Of a DNA stretch of 64,000 nt, positions 28,697 to 38,849 are shown one piece after another. A program made the position numbers and the translations under genes. Positions within the stretch are counted from its first letter, which is position 1, and each line of letters opens with the position of its first letter. The notes under the pieces were generated by a model. The model ran no database searches and was not told the DNA's origin. It was given only the letters and a program-made list of their open reading frames with translations. Origin of the DNA: Candidatus Omnitrophota bacterium (lineage in GTDB: Bacteria > Omnitrophota > Gorgyraeia > JAZDFF01); contig JAZDFF010000011.1 in the NCBI GenBank assembly GCA_043808095.1, positions 48,030 through 112,029 of the forward strand, read 5' to 3'.

Positions 28697-31600
28697 TTAC
28701 TCTTTTTTCTCTTTCTTTTCAAGAATTATTTTTGCAGCAATCTCGGCAGGAACCTGGTTGTAGCGGTCAAAATGCATGGAACAACTGGCCCGGCCGCTGC
28801 TTAGGGAGCGGAATGCCGCCGCATAACCAAACATCTCGGCAAGAGGCGCCTCAGCATAAATAATCTTCTGATTGGCCTTAGTTTCTATATTTAGGATTTT
28901 GCCTCTGCGCTGGCAGATATTGCCCACGATATTATTCGCATATTCCTCGGGGGTAGTAACCTCAAAAAGCATGCACGGCTCCAGTAATATCGGATTTCCC
29001 TTCATAAAAGCCTCTTTAAAACCAAGGATTGCCGCCATCCTGAAGGCCAATTCCGAAGAATCTACCTCATGAAAAGAACCGTCCACCAGATCAACCTTTA
29101 CGTCCACAACCGGAAATCCTGCATACGCGCCTTTTTGTATCGCTTCTTTTACGCCTTTTTCTACTGCCGGGATAAATGACTTGGGAATCGCCCCGCCCCG
29201 TATACTATCGATAAATTCCAGGCCCTTGCCTGATTCACCCGGTGCAATCTCCATAACCACATGTCCGTATTGGCCCCTTCCGCCTGATTGTTTGATGTAT
29301 TTGCCTTCGGCACTTGCCTGGCTGGTTATAGTCTCTTTGTAGGCCACCTTAGGCTGGCCTACAATAGCATCAACATTAAATTCGTTTTTGAGCCTGTCAA
29401 CGATAATTTCAAGGTGCAGCTCTCCCATGCCGGTTAAAAGGGTCTCTTTAGTCTCAAGGTCTGACTGGACAATAAATGTCGGGTCCTCTTCCGCTAGCCT
29501 GCCCAGGCCTCTGCCTAATTTGTCCTGGTCCTGGCGTGTCTTGGGTTTGATGCTTAAGGACACTACCGGTGTGGCAAACTGCATCTTCTCAAGCAGGATG
29601 GGATTATCAGAGTCGGAAAGAGTATCTCCGGTTGAGGTATTACTCAGGCCTACGGCCGCGACAATCTCTCCGGCAAAGGCGTATTCGATATTCGTCTTCT
29701 GATTTGCATGCATGCGCACGATGCGCGATACCCTTTCTTTTTTATCCTTGGTGACATTTAAGACATATGAACCGGCAACGAGCACACCGGAGTAAATCCT
29801 TACATAGACCAGGTTCCCGATATGCGGGTCAGCCTGTAATTTAAAGGCTAAGGCACAAAACGGCCCTTTATAATCAGGCAGTCTCTCCAGGGGCTTTTCA
29901 GGATCCTGCGGGTCGCTTCCTTTTACGGGAGGTAAATCTTTTGGCGACGGCAGGAAATTTAGTATGGCATCAAGCAGTTTCTGCACGCCCTTATTTTTAA
30001 GCGCGGTCCCGCATACCACGGGAACCATCTTATTTGCAATCGTTTCCCTTCTTATCGCCGCTATCAAATCTTGCTGGCTAATTGAACCTTCGGCCTCAAG
30101 GTGTTTCTTCATTAAAGCCTCGTCAAGGCTAGCCACCTTTTCAACAATCGCATGACGAGTCTGTCGGGAAATTTCTTTAAATTCTTCAGGGATATCTTCT
30201 ACCGTAAACTCTTTTCCCTGGGATTCTTCATTAAAAATATAGGCCTTCATTTCTAATACATCGATAACACCGCGGAAATTTGCCTCTGCCCCCATCGGGA
30301 TTACAACCGGAGCCACATTAGCAGCCAGACTATGCTCCATGCCTTTTAAAACGGCGAAATAATCCGCGCCCAGCCGGTCCATCTTATTAATAAAGGCAAT
30401 CTTGGGAACGTTGTATTTGTCTGATTGGCGCCAGACTGTCTCTGTTTGAGATTCCACGCCGTTTACGGCATCAAAAACCGCGACTGCACCGTCTAAAACG
30501 CGCAAGCTCCTTTCAACCTCCACAGTAAAATCAACATGGCCTGGAGTATCGATGATGATGATACGATGGTCTTTCCAGAAACAGGTGGTTGCTGCGGCAG
30601 TAATAGTAATGCCTCTTTCCTGTTCTTGTTTCATCCAGTCCATCTGGGCCTTGCCTTCATGGACCTCGCCGATTTTATGGGTCTTTCCGGTGTAAAATAG
30701 AATCCTTTCGCTTAAAGTAGTCTTACCCGCATCAATATGGGCTATGATCCCGATGTTCCTGGTTCTGTCGATGTCAATTTCAGGAGTGGCAGATAGAAGG
30801 TCTTTGGGTTTATGCTCCCGGATTTCTTCTGCTTCGGGGGTAGGCTTCGCCTCCTCTTCTTTAGCAGGCGCTTGTTTCTCGGCTGGTTTTTCTTCAGCGG
30901 GCTCTTTTATGGCTGGAGGCTCTTCGACTGGCTCTTTAATTTCCTCAGCAGGCTTTTCTTCAGGAACTACCGGAGGAGGCTCTTCAATTTTGGGACTAGC
31001 AGGCGGTTCTTGCGGCAGTGCCTCCTTTACTTCCTGCTCTTCGGATCTTATTGGTGAACCTGCCTCGATTAACTGCATCTTCAGGCGGATTCTTTCCTCA
31101 TTTACCGCCTTAAGCTGTTTTTCGGCCGTCTCTAATTCTTTCTCAAGTTCGGTATACTCCTCATTCAACCTCTCAAAATCTTTCTTGGGAACCCATTCGC
31201 TCTCTTTCTGCTTTCTCTCAAGCGAATATGCGGTATCTGCGTGTTTTTGCGCCTCCTCAGTGAGTTTTTCTATCTTAAGGTTTAACTTCAGGATATCATT
31301 AGCCAGTTTACGGTTTTGTTCTTCGGATAATTTTAGTTTTTCTTTAAAAAATACCAACTCCTGATTTAAATTTACGTTTTTATCAAAGACAGCTAATAAT
31401 TCCTTTCCCTTTTCTCTTAATTTTTCGGAAACCTCAGCGCTCTCCTGTTTGACCTTACCTAATAACTCTTCGTCCTTTTTAACCCATTCATCGCGTTTGA
31501 TTAATTTCTCTAATAAATCCGCCTTGGCATTTTGGACTTCCTCGAGTTCTCTTTTCTCTGCCTCCTGAGCCAATCTTAAATTCTCAATCTCGTTTCTTAA

Positions 31601-31771
31601 GGAAGATGCCTCTTCCTGCAGAGTCAGTATTCTTTGGGCCCGCGTATCCATCTCCTGCGGCCGGGGAATACGAGTGGCCTTCTTCTTTACTGGGGGCTCG
31701 CTGCCCAGTAATAGCCCATAACCAATAAGCACAATTCCGCCAAATGCTAAAATAACAATCGCAATAAACAT
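28697..31771 (-). CDS. elongation factor G paralog with a ~330-aa N-terminal extension (TM helix, coiled coil, Pro/Glu/Lys-rich linker)
   Basis: The C-terminal ~690 aa is full-length EF-G: [17 protein letters not shown] and NKMD motifs, then domains II-V. The N-terminus starts with [23 protein letters not shown], followed by E/K heptad coiled coil and PEPK-like repeats. Confidence 0.8.
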   Translation of the reverse strand: MFIAIVILAFGGIVLIGYGLLLGSEPPVKKKATRIPRPQEMDTRAQRILTLQEEASSLRNEIENLRLAQEAEKRELEEVQNAKADLLEKLIKRDEWVKKDEELLGKVKQESAEVSEKLREKGKELLAVFDKNVNLNQELVFFKEKLKLSEEQNRKLANDILKLNLKIEKLTEEAQKHADTAYSLERKQKESEWVPKKDFERLNEEYTELEKELETAEKQLKAVNEERIRLKMQLIEAGSPIRSEEQEVKEALPQEPPASPKIEEPPPVVPEEKPAEEIKEPVEEPPAIKEPAEEKPAEKQAPAKEEEAKPTPEAEEIREHKPKDLLSATPEIDIDRTRNIGIIAHIDAGKTTLSERILFYTGKTHKIGEVHEGKAQMDWMKQEQERGITITAAATTCFWKDHRIIIIDTPGHVDFTVEVERSLRVLDGAVAVFDAVNGVESQTETVWRQSDKYNVPKIAFINKMDRLGADYFAVLKGMEHSLAANVAPVVIPMGAEANFRGVIDVLEMKAYIFNEESQGKEFTVEDIPEEFKEISRQTRHAIVEKVASLDEALMKKHLEAEGSISQQDLIAAIRRETIANKMVPVVCGTALKNKGVQKLLDAILNFLPSPKDLPPVKGSDPQDPEKPLERLPDYKGPFCALAFKLQADPHIGNLVYVRIYSGVLVAGSYVLNVTKDKKERVSRIVRMHANQKTNIEYAFAGEIVAAVGLSNTSTGDTLSDSDNPILLEKMQFATPVVSLSIKPKTRQDQDKLGRGLGRLAEEDPTFIVQSDLETKETLLTGMGELHLEIIVDRLKNEFNVDAIVGQPKVAYKETITSQASAEGKYIKQSGGRGQYGHVVMEIAPGESGKGLEFIDSIRGGAIPKSFIPAVEKGVKEAIQKGAYAGFPVVDVKVDLVDGSFHEVDSSELAFRMAAILGFKEAFMKGNPILLEPCMLFEVTTPEEYANNIVGNICQRRGKILNIETKANQKIIYAEAPLAEMFGYAAAFRSLSSGRASCSMHFDRYNQVPAEIAAKIILEKKEKKE

Positions 31772-31859
31772 ATTTATTTTGGTTTGTGGAGCCCACCTTA
31801 ATGTTTATTTTATAAGGCCCCCTCCCGAGGCAACGCAGCATTCAGCCCCGGGTTCCCCC

Positions 31860-31975
31860 TCGACTTGGCTCTGGATGGTTCGCGAGAGATGGTGAGTCCT
31901 TCGACGCGCTCGCCTTTGGCGAGCTTGCTCAGGGCGAATGGTGAGCAAAGTCGAACCAGAGCACCGCCGAACTAA
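31860..31975. repeat. inverted partial copy of the MITE-like element
   Basis: gatggtgagtccttcgacgcgctcgcctttggcgagcttgctcagggcgaatggtgagcaaagtcgaaccagagc is the reverse complement of 11445-11520, with 2-3 mismatches. Confidence 0.75.
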
Positions 31976-32094
31976 AACCCGTGGAAATCTGCCGAGGGAT
32001 TAGAAATGGTTTAAGGTATTACACGGTATTATAGCAGAAATTTTTATCTTGATAAGAAGTTTGTTTTGGCGGGAATTAATTCTGCGGCAACTTG

Positions 32095-32823
32095 TTACTG
32101 GCAGCCCGGGATAGTGCCTAAAGGAAGATTCCTGTCCACGAATTCGATGATCTTTTTTTGTGTGTCGCTGTCAACATTGTGAAATTCTAAGCCCATGCCG
32201 GGATAGATCTGCGGCTGAAGTTCCTGCTGCACAAACCAAACTACTTTGGTATCCACCTCAATTGATCCCGGCCTAGGCATTAGCGAAATCTTCAAATCCA
32301 ATATCTCGCCCAGCGGATAGACCTTCTCGGAAAATACTAAAATCCCGACGGCACTAAGATTAAGGACCTTGCCGCGATGGAACTCCTCTGCCTTTGATTT
32401 TGACTTAAATTGGACATCTATATCCAATTCAATCCGCTGAAATCTTCTTCTTAGATTTTTCTTCTGAATCTGGGAAATAACCCTGTCTTCTTCAAAGTCC
32501 CTAAGGGCTGACTCCTCGTCATCGTAAATTTCAAAGACCCGGTCAATACAGACGAGCGAAAAATTATTTTTGATATGGGTTGCTACATTAACAAATTTCA
32601 TCCTGCCTTCATGATTAATCACATTTTTATAGGCGATGGTTAAAACCGAAAGACCGGCATAATCAACCAAAGTGACATTCTCAAAATCACAGAGGATGTC
32701 CTTATGGCCATTCTCAAGGCACCAGCCGACTTTCTCGACAAGGCCGGAAGAATCTATATCAATAGTGCCTGAAAGATCCAGGATGGCTATTGAATTAAAT
32801 ATCTTTAGGGTTATTTCTAGCAT
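32095..32823 (-). CDS. STAS (anti-sigma-factor antagonist) - PilZ (c-di-GMP binding) fusion protein
   Basis: The N-terminus is SpoIIAA-like (ILDLSGTIDIDSSG). The C-terminus has the PilZ motifs RRFQR and NLSAVG (D/NxSxxG). Confidence 0.65.
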   Translation of the reverse strand: MLEITLKIFNSIAILDLSGTIDIDSSGLVEKVGWCLENGHKDILCDFENVTLVDYAGLSVLTIAYKNVINHEGRMKFVNVATHIKNNFSLVCIDRVFEIYDDEESALRDFEEDRVISQIQKKNLRRRFQRIELDIDVQFKSKSKAEEFHRGKVLNLSAVGILVFSEKVYPLGEILDLKISLMPRPGSIEVDTKVVWFVQQELQPQIYPGMGLEFHNVDSDTQKKIIEFVDRNLPLGTIPGCQ

Positions 32824-33198
32824 TTACCAGATCCCTTCCTTGACCATAAAACAAGCGTTGTAAACAACATTGATGCCGTATTTTTTAGCATTATCTATCG
32901 CCAGGCGGGATTCAGAGCCGGGCTGCATCCAGATTTCCTTTATGCCTAATTCCTTACATTCTTCGACAATAGCCTCGGTAACTTTGGACGTAACAACCGT
33001 AATCACTAAATCAGGCACTTCGGGAAGCTCTGATAAACTCTTATAGATCTTTCTGCCTAAGATCTCGCCATTATTGGGATTAACCGCCCAAACATGATAG
33101 CCATTCTCAGCCAGATCTCTAAAAATCCTGTAGCCGAATTTTTCCGTCCTTTCGGAAACCCCCACAACGGCAATTACTTTCTCTGAGGCGCCGCCCAT
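32824..33198 (-). CDS. CoA-binding domain protein (YccU-like)
   Basis: 124 aa (IAVVGVS...GYHVWAVNP) on a Rossmann-like fold. Its stop abuts the STAS-PilZ start. Confidence 0.7.
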   Translation of the reverse strand: MGGASEKVIAVVGVSERTEKFGYRIFRDLAENGYHVWAVNPNNGEILGRKIYKSLSELPEVPDLVITVVTSKVTEAIVEECKELGIKEIWMQPGSESRLAIDNAKKYGINVVYNACFMVKEGIW

Positions 33199-33223
33199 CT
33201 ATATAGCAGAAATCATCTCTAAG

Positions 33224-33514
33224 CTAGCGATTCATCATGGGATGCTGCATCATTGGGCTGGACCCTACCCCTTGCATCTTCATCATCTGCTGCATCGCCC
33301 TCATCATAGGGTGTTGACCGGTTATCAAGATATACAGGCCGACGCATAATAACAGGGCCGCACAAATCCACAGAAGCACGCAAACCACGTAACCGAATTT
33401 TTTAAGCCCCCGGGGTTCTATCTTAAGCAGAGTAAACAAGACAAAAAAGCTGACAGTCAACAGCACGGTTGCCGGAATAATTGTAAACAATCCTGACAAT
33501 CTCATCACCAGCAT
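33224..33514 (-). CDS. small 2-TM protein with a Met/His-rich C-terminal tail
   Basis: 96 aa. The tail HPMMRAMQQMMKMQGVGSSPMMQHPMMNR carries MxxM/HPMM motifs. Confidence 0.5.
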   Translation of the reverse strand: MLVMRLSGLFTIIPATVLLTVSFFVLFTLLKIEPRGLKKFGYVVCVLLWICAALLLCVGLYILITGQHPMMRAMQQMMKMQGVGSSPMMQHPMMNR

Positions 33515-33600
33515 ATTTCCCTCCTTTTAATGAGCAGACGACTTACGGAGTCGAAGACGACGTAAGTCGTAGGCCTAAAAGGCCGTCTGCGAATTAATCC
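33515..33600 (-). promoter_or_regulatory. conserved structured 5' leader element, copy C
   Basis: + strand reads ccctccttttaatgagcagacgacttacggagtcgaagacgacgtaagtcgtaggcctaaaaggccgtctgcgaatt. Confidence 0.55.
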
Positions 33601-33724
33601 CGAAGCCTGCGCAGAAAATTTCTTGCGAAATTTTCAAGCGTTTTGGCGAGGGATCTCAAGGTTAACTTATAACCTTATTTATTATATCACAATTTTACAG
33701 CAATTTTCAGGGCTTATTGATTTT

Positions 33725-34216
33725 TCAAAATTTCTGCCGGTTGAGTTGTCCGGCGGCCCGGATTTCCACAATCTCTTCTATCTTAACCTTGAAGAAAATT
33801 ACGCGCTCGGGAAAGGTCAGCTCAAAATCTCTATGCTTTGCACCTCGCTGGATGCCCTCGATAATGCGCGTAACTGAGAGATTTATCTGTTTATCTTTTA
33901 GTTCGCGCAATAACTTTTCGTATAACGGGCCTTTGTCTATAACCTCTACCGCCCCGTTTATCTGATGACCGGTCAAGGTGTCCCTATCTGAAACCGACAA
34001 TGAAACCCTGGTATTAATTTTTAGATTCTGCCAGGTCCTGCCGATAACATGATCGGCCAAATAAATATACTTATCCTCGACCTTTAGTAAAAACTTAGGC
34101 GCCACATTCGGACGGCCGTCAAAATCAGCTGTAGCCACATAAACAAATTCCCTTTTCGAAAGTATTTCCTCTATATCTTTCATTAGGCAATCATTGGATT
34201 CTAATAATATTTTCAA
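33725..34216 (-). CDS. pyridoxamine-5'-phosphate-oxidase-fold FMN-binding protein
   Basis: 163 aa (...FVYVATADFDGRPNVAPK...). Confidence 0.5.
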   Translation of the reverse strand: MKILLESNDCLMKDIEEILSKREFVYVATADFDGRPNVAPKFLLKVEDKYIYLADHVIGRTWQNLKINTRVSLSVSDRDTLTGHQINGAVEVIDKGPLYEKLLRELKDKQINLSVTRIIEGIQRGAKHRDFELTFPERVIFFKVKIEEIVEIRAAGQLNRQKF

Positions 34217-34265
34217 TCATATTATTATATTTGCCTTAGATCTAACTCTATGTTAACATAAAACT

Positions 34266-35306
34266 ATGCTAAAGAAAATAAAAAATAAGATAGATAAAGA
34301 GCTTGCCGTTTATATGGGCGGCATTAATAGATTTTACGGCCTTGGCCGAATCTCCCCGGTCCTTTTTAGCTGCATTAAAGACTTTATCAAAAGAAAAGGC
34401 AAAAGAGTCAGGCCTGTGCTTTTTGTTGTCGGGTATCTGGGTTTTGCCAAAAAAGAGGCCCCCGGACTCTATAAAAGCGCAGTTGCAATTGAAATCTTCC
34501 ATGATTTTATGCTGGTGCATGATGATATCATCGACAAATCCCAAACCCGCCGCGGGAAACCCTCTATGCATGCAATGCTTAACCGCTATTTATCCGGCAA
34601 AGGAGATATTAAGTTCAGCGGCCAGGACTTAACCATAGTAGCGGGCGACGTAATGTATGCCCTGGCGATAAACGCCTTCTTTTCGGTTAAAGAAGAGCCA
34701 TATCGCAAGGAAAAAGCCCTGCGCCGGCTTATTGATGCAGCCGTCTATACCGGAAGCGGGGAATTTGTCGAACTTTTATGCGGAATAAAGAATATTGATA
34801 AAATCACAAAAGAAGATATCTACAAAATATATGACCTTAAAACCGCCAATTACACCTTCTCTTCTCCTCTTAGCATCGGCGCCATCCTTGCCGGAGCGCC
34901 GCTTAAAGAAGTAAATAAACTTTCCCAGTACGGGATGTACCTGGGCAGGGCCTTTCAGATTAAAGATGATATCCTGGGTATATTCGGCGAAGAGTCTTAT
35001 ACCGGAAAATCCAATCTGACAGACTTAAGGGAAGGCAAAAAAACCATCCTTATCTGGTATGCCTTTCATCATACGGATAAAAAAGAAAAGCTGATCATCA
35101 AAAGTATTCTGACTAAAAGAAATATCGTAAAATCGGATTTATTCAAGGTGCAAAATATCTTAATAAACTCCGGTGCCATTAATTACGCCGGGAAAGAAAT
35201 TGCCAGGCTGACAGAAAAATCTAAAATCCTCCTAGAGTCATCAAAGATGCTCACCCGATATAAAAAACTCCTCGAAGCTTTCTCTGGAGGCCTGTTTAAT
35301 CTCTAG
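34266..35306 (+). CDS. polyprenyl diphosphate synthase (GGPP/FPP synthase family)
   Basis: A first DDxxD motif (DDIID) and a second KDDILG motif are present. Confidence 0.8.
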   Translation: MLKKIKNKIDKELAVYMGGINRFYGLGRISPVLFSCIKDFIKRKGKRVRPVLFVVGYLGFAKKEAPGLYKSAVAIEIFHDFMLVHDDIIDKSQTRRGKPSMHAMLNRYLSGKGDIKFSGQDLTIVAGDVMYALAINAFFSVKEEPYRKEKALRRLIDAAVYTGSGEFVELLCGIKNIDKITKEDIYKIYDLKTANYTFSSPLSIGAILAGAPLKEVNKLSQYGMYLGRAFQIKDDILGIFGEESYTGKSNLTDLREGKKTILIWYAFHHTDKKEKLIIKSILTKRNIVKSDLFKVQNILINSGAINYAGKEIARLTEKSKILLESSKMLTRYKKLLEAFSGGLFNL

Positions 35307-35358
35307 GGCACCTCTTTTTTCAATGGAAAGTTTACGGGTTTGACTGTAAGATATAGGC

Positions 35359-36234
35359 ATGCCTCCCATACCGGATGAAAAATTAATAAAAGAGGGATTT
35401 GATATTGCCAGAGACTTGGCAAAAAAATACGCCGGGACTTTCTATCTAGCATCAATTTTTTTGCCGACTAAGGAAAAATGCGCGGCTTGTTCTGTATACG
35501 CCTTATGCAGGGTAAGTGATGAGGCGGTAGATAGCCTGACCGAAGCACCCAGCAGGGAAAAATTAGGGCAGATTAAAGAGAAAATTGATTTGGCCTACCA
35601 ACAGGACAGCCTAAATGACAACCTCCTGCTTTGTTTTCGACATACCGTAAATAACTATAAAATCCCCAGGGAATATTTTTATGAATTTATCGAAGGCATG
35701 CAGATGGATTTAGATAAATCCCGCTATAAGGACTTTAACGAATTATATGATTACTCCTATAAAGCCGCCGCAGTTATAGGCCTTATCATGCTTAAAATAT
35801 TCGGATATTCCGATAGGAATGCAGAAAAATATGCTATAGATTTAGGCACTGCCTTTCAGCTTACTAATATCTTAAGAGACATAAAAGAAGATTTCCAAAG
35901 AGGCAGGATTTATCTGCCTCAGGATGAAATGGCGCGCTTCGGAACCAGCGAATCGGATATAGCAGGAGAAAATCTTAGTCAAAATTTTAAGGACCTCCTG
36001 AAGTTTCAGATTAACCGGGCAAGGAGTTATTTCCGGTCTTCCGAGGATGGTATCAGAATGATTAATGGCAAAAGTAACCGCCTTGTGGTTTTCCTGATGA
36101 AAGAACTTTATGCAGGCATACTTGATTCTATAGAGGGCAATGATTATGATATATTCTCCAAGCGCGCCTCTGTAAATAATTTTAAAACGGTTGCTATAAT
36201 CTTAAAAATTATATCAAAAGGAAAATACTTATGA
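35359..36234 (+). CDS. squalene/phytoene synthase family (head-to-head prenyl condensing enzyme)
   Basis: 291 aa with YALCRVSDEAVD and a second Asp-rich region. Confidence 0.75.
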   Translation: MPPIPDEKLIKEGFDIARDLAKKYAGTFYLASIFLPTKEKCAACSVYALCRVSDEAVDSLTEAPSREKLGQIKEKIDLAYQQDSLNDNLLLCFRHTVNNYKIPREYFYEFIEGMQMDLDKSRYKDFNELYDYSYKAAAVIGLIMLKIFGYSDRNAEKYAIDLGTAFQLTNILRDIKEDFQRGRIYLPQDEMARFGTSESDIAGENLSQNFKDLLKFQINRARSYFRSSEDGIRMINGKSNRLVVFLMKELYAGILDSIEGNDYDIFSKRASVNNFKTVAIILKIISKGKYL

Positions 36235-37067
36235 AGGTAACCCTGGCAAAATCTGCTGGTTTCTGTTTTGGAGTAAAAAGGGCAATTGATATCGCACTCC
36301 AGACAGCTGCATCAGGCAAAGAAATATATGCACTTGGTGACATCGTCCATAATGAAGATGTGGCAAGAGAAATTGCAAAGGCAGGTATAAAGAAAATTAA
36401 AAAGCTATTCAAAGGAAAAAACAAAATATTGCTTATCCGCGCTCACGGTATTGGCCTCACCGCTTTGAAAAAGGCAAAACAGCTCGGATACAAGATAATA
36501 GATGCCACCTGCCCTATGGTCAGAGAGATACATAAGATTGCCAAGGAAATGGAAAAGGCAGGCTATAAAATTATTGTTATAGGCGACAAGGTCCATGATG
36601 AAGTAAAAGGGATTGTCGGACAATTAAGGCAAAAGGCAATTGTGATTGATAATTTAAAAATGATTCCTTTGTCGAAGATAAGAAAAATCGAAAAGGCTGC
36701 TGTAGTGGTCCAATCTACGCAGAATTTAATCAAGGTGCTTGAGATTCTAAAGGTTTTGAAGCGGCATATTAAAGAGGTGAGATTTTTCAATACCATCTGC
36801 AGGCCTACGACTATAAAACAGGAAGAAATGAAAAAGATGCCCAAAGAGAACGACGTAATGATTATTATCGGCTCAAAAACCAGCGCCAATACCAAAAGGC
36901 TTTATGAGATATCCAAGTCCCTGAATGAAAGAAGCTACCGGGTAAGTTCAAAAGGCGAGATTAGGCCCTACTGGTTTAAAGGCGCAAAATGTGCAGGAAT
37001 TACTGCCGGGGCATCTACTCCGGAGGCAACCATCAAAAATATCGTCCGCTACCTATCAAGTCTGTAA
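36231..37067 (+). CDS. ispH: 4-hydroxy-3-methylbut-2-enyl diphosphate reductase
   Basis: 278 aa with the three conserved Cys residues (FCFGV, ATCPMV, NTIC). Confidence 0.9.
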   Translation: MKVTLAKSAGFCFGVKRAIDIALQTAASGKEIYALGDIVHNEDVAREIAKAGIKKIKKLFKGKNKILLIRAHGIGLTALKKAKQLGYKIIDATCPMVREIHKIAKEMEKAGYKIIVIGDKVHDEVKGIVGQLRQKAIVIDNLKMIPLSKIRKIEKAAVVVQSTQNLIKVLEILKVLKRHIKEVRFFNTICRPTTIKQEEMKKMPKENDVMIIIGSKTSANTKRLYEISKSLNERSYRVSSKGEIRPYWFKGAKCAGITAGASTPEATIKNIVRYLSSL

Positions 37068-38108
37068 CAACGGTCCTATTTTTCTCAATCTCATTATACG
37101 CCGCGAGGGGATAAACATATCCCAAATAGAACTTGGATTTAAAGCAAATATCAGACTATGGGCATTACAGCCAATATTATAACAAGCCCTGCATTTGGTC
37201 TTAGTGGAATTTTCCCAAGCCCTTTTTAAACCAACCTCTAAAAAATTTAATGCCTTGAACTTACCCACCAATTCCCAACAGGGATAAATCAATCCATCGC
37301 CCTCAATATGACAATGAAATCTTCTCATACGGCAAGGCACAAGATGATTAGAAGCCACAATCTCTTTGTCGTATAATTGCTTCTTGCGATAAGATATTCT
37401 TTTCCCCCAGTTTAAGAAATTCTCATATACTTTGATTGGAAAATCAACAGGCAACCCTCTCTTTTTATAATCTATTATTTCCTGAATGGCTTTTATCAGT
37501 TCTTCATCATCTAACCCAAAGTTCTTATCTCCCCGATAACGATGAAATTGAGATTGGCACTTATAAAGACAGGCAAGGTTTAATATGTCTTTAATATGAC
37601 CTACGTTGTTTTTTGTAAGGACTGTGGTGATATGAAATTTAATTTCTTCTTTGGTTAATAGTTCTATTGCCTTAACAACCTTATCATAGGTTCCTGCCCC
37701 CCGAAGCGAATCATGGCTCTCTCTGTTGCCCTGAAGACTTATGGCTATTGAATCAAACTTCTTTATAAGCGGGATATTGTCTTTAATGAGCAGACCATTT
37801 GTGGTAAGGTGGCAGAGAATATTCTTCTTCTTAATCTTCTCAATAATAACATCCAAGTCATCTCTTAAAAGTGCCTCTCCCCCGTTTATTGAGAAATACC
37901 TTGTCCCCATTCCAATCAGTTCTTCTACTAAATTTGATAATTCCCGTAGAGTAAAATCTCTTTGATTTCTGATTTCCTTCTGGAAACAGTATAGACAGTT
38001 AAGATTGCACTTATTAGTAATAACTATTGAAGCAGAAATAGGAATGTTTTGATGTAAAAGGTGTGTTTTTAATAACTGAAATCCAATATTGTATTTTCTA
38101 AAATCCAT
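37056..38108 (-). CDS. radical SAM enzyme with a C-terminal SPASM/twitch-like Cys cluster
   Basis: CNLNCLYC is a CxxxCxxC motif and GGEALL is present. The C-terminus reads HCHIEGDGLIYPC...CRACYNIGC. Its 3' end overlaps ispH by 12 nt, convergently. Confidence 0.7.
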   Translation of the reverse strand: MDFRKYNIGFQLLKTHLLHQNIPISASIVITNKCNLNCLYCFQKEIRNQRDFTLRELSNLVEELIGMGTRYFSINGGEALLRDDLDVIIEKIKKKNILCHLTTNGLLIKDNIPLIKKFDSIAISLQGNRESHDSLRGAGTYDKVVKAIELLTKEEIKFHITTVLTKNNVGHIKDILNLACLYKCQSQFHRYRGDKNFGLDDEELIKAIQEIIDYKKRGLPVDFPIKVYENFLNWGKRISYRKKQLYDKEIVASNHLVPCRMRRFHCHIEGDGLIYPCWELVGKFKALNFLEVGLKRAWENSTKTKCRACYNIGCNAHSLIFALNPSSIWDMFIPSRRIMRLRKIGPLLQT

Positions 38109-38345
38109 AATATTTACTCTTTAAATAAATTTTAATATTATTGATAAGCCTTTTTAAAACTGCCCTTCGATTACACTTTAGTTACTCTACCACAATTAGA
38201 AGTGATGAGCAAGCCCGCAAATAAAAAAATGGTGTCAGAACTCGGAATTAAATCATAACATCAAAAATATCAGATACTTAAGCAGTTCTGACACCATTTT
38301 CCCGACAGACAATACATTGTACCGTTGGAAGCTAATGGTAATGAG

Positions 38346-38837
38346 CTACTGCTTTAATTTCTTGATGGCTTCCTGTATCCTAAAGTTATTTACAATATCC
38401 ATAAACTTTTCGTTTTTCATCAAGGCCTGGATATCGCCGGCTTTTACGGCTTCTTGGATCTCTGGGTCTTTCGCTAACTCTTGAATCCGCGGATCGGCAG
38501 CTAAGCCTGTAATAATAGCTGCATTTTCCGGATTACTCATCAGAGTCTCGCCATAGCTTTGAATTTGAGATTGAGCGGGGTTTTCTCTCCCAACGGATGA
38601 GTTAATGGCGTTGCCAGGCAAAGAGGAATTTAGTGACTCAATCTTAGAAACATTTGCTGCCTCTATTTTTATTTCTCCAAAGGCGGCAGTGCTTATAGCA
38701 TAGACCCCACTCGCATAAGAAATTATCTCGCCATTAATTACGCTGCCATCAGTCAATTCAATCCTGCTTAACTGCCCGCAATAGGCGGTGACATTGAACA
38801 CTACTGACAATAAGCAAAAAATAATAATCCTTTTCAT
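38346..38837 (-). CDS. secreted hypothetical protein with C-terminal IQE-repeat helices
   Basis: A signal peptide (MKRIIIFCLLSVVFNVTAYC) is followed by repeats: DPRIQELAKDPEIQEAVKAGDIQALMK...RIQEAIKK. Confidence 0.45.
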   Translation of the reverse strand: MKRIIIFCLLSVVFNVTAYCGQLSRIELTDGSVINGEIISYASGVYAISTAAFGEIKIEAANVSKIESLNSSLPGNAINSSVGRENPAQSQIQSYGETLMSNPENAAIITGLAADPRIQELAKDPEIQEAVKAGDIQALMKNEKFMDIVNNFRIQEAIKKLKQ

Positions 38838-38849
38838 ATCTAGCCTCTT

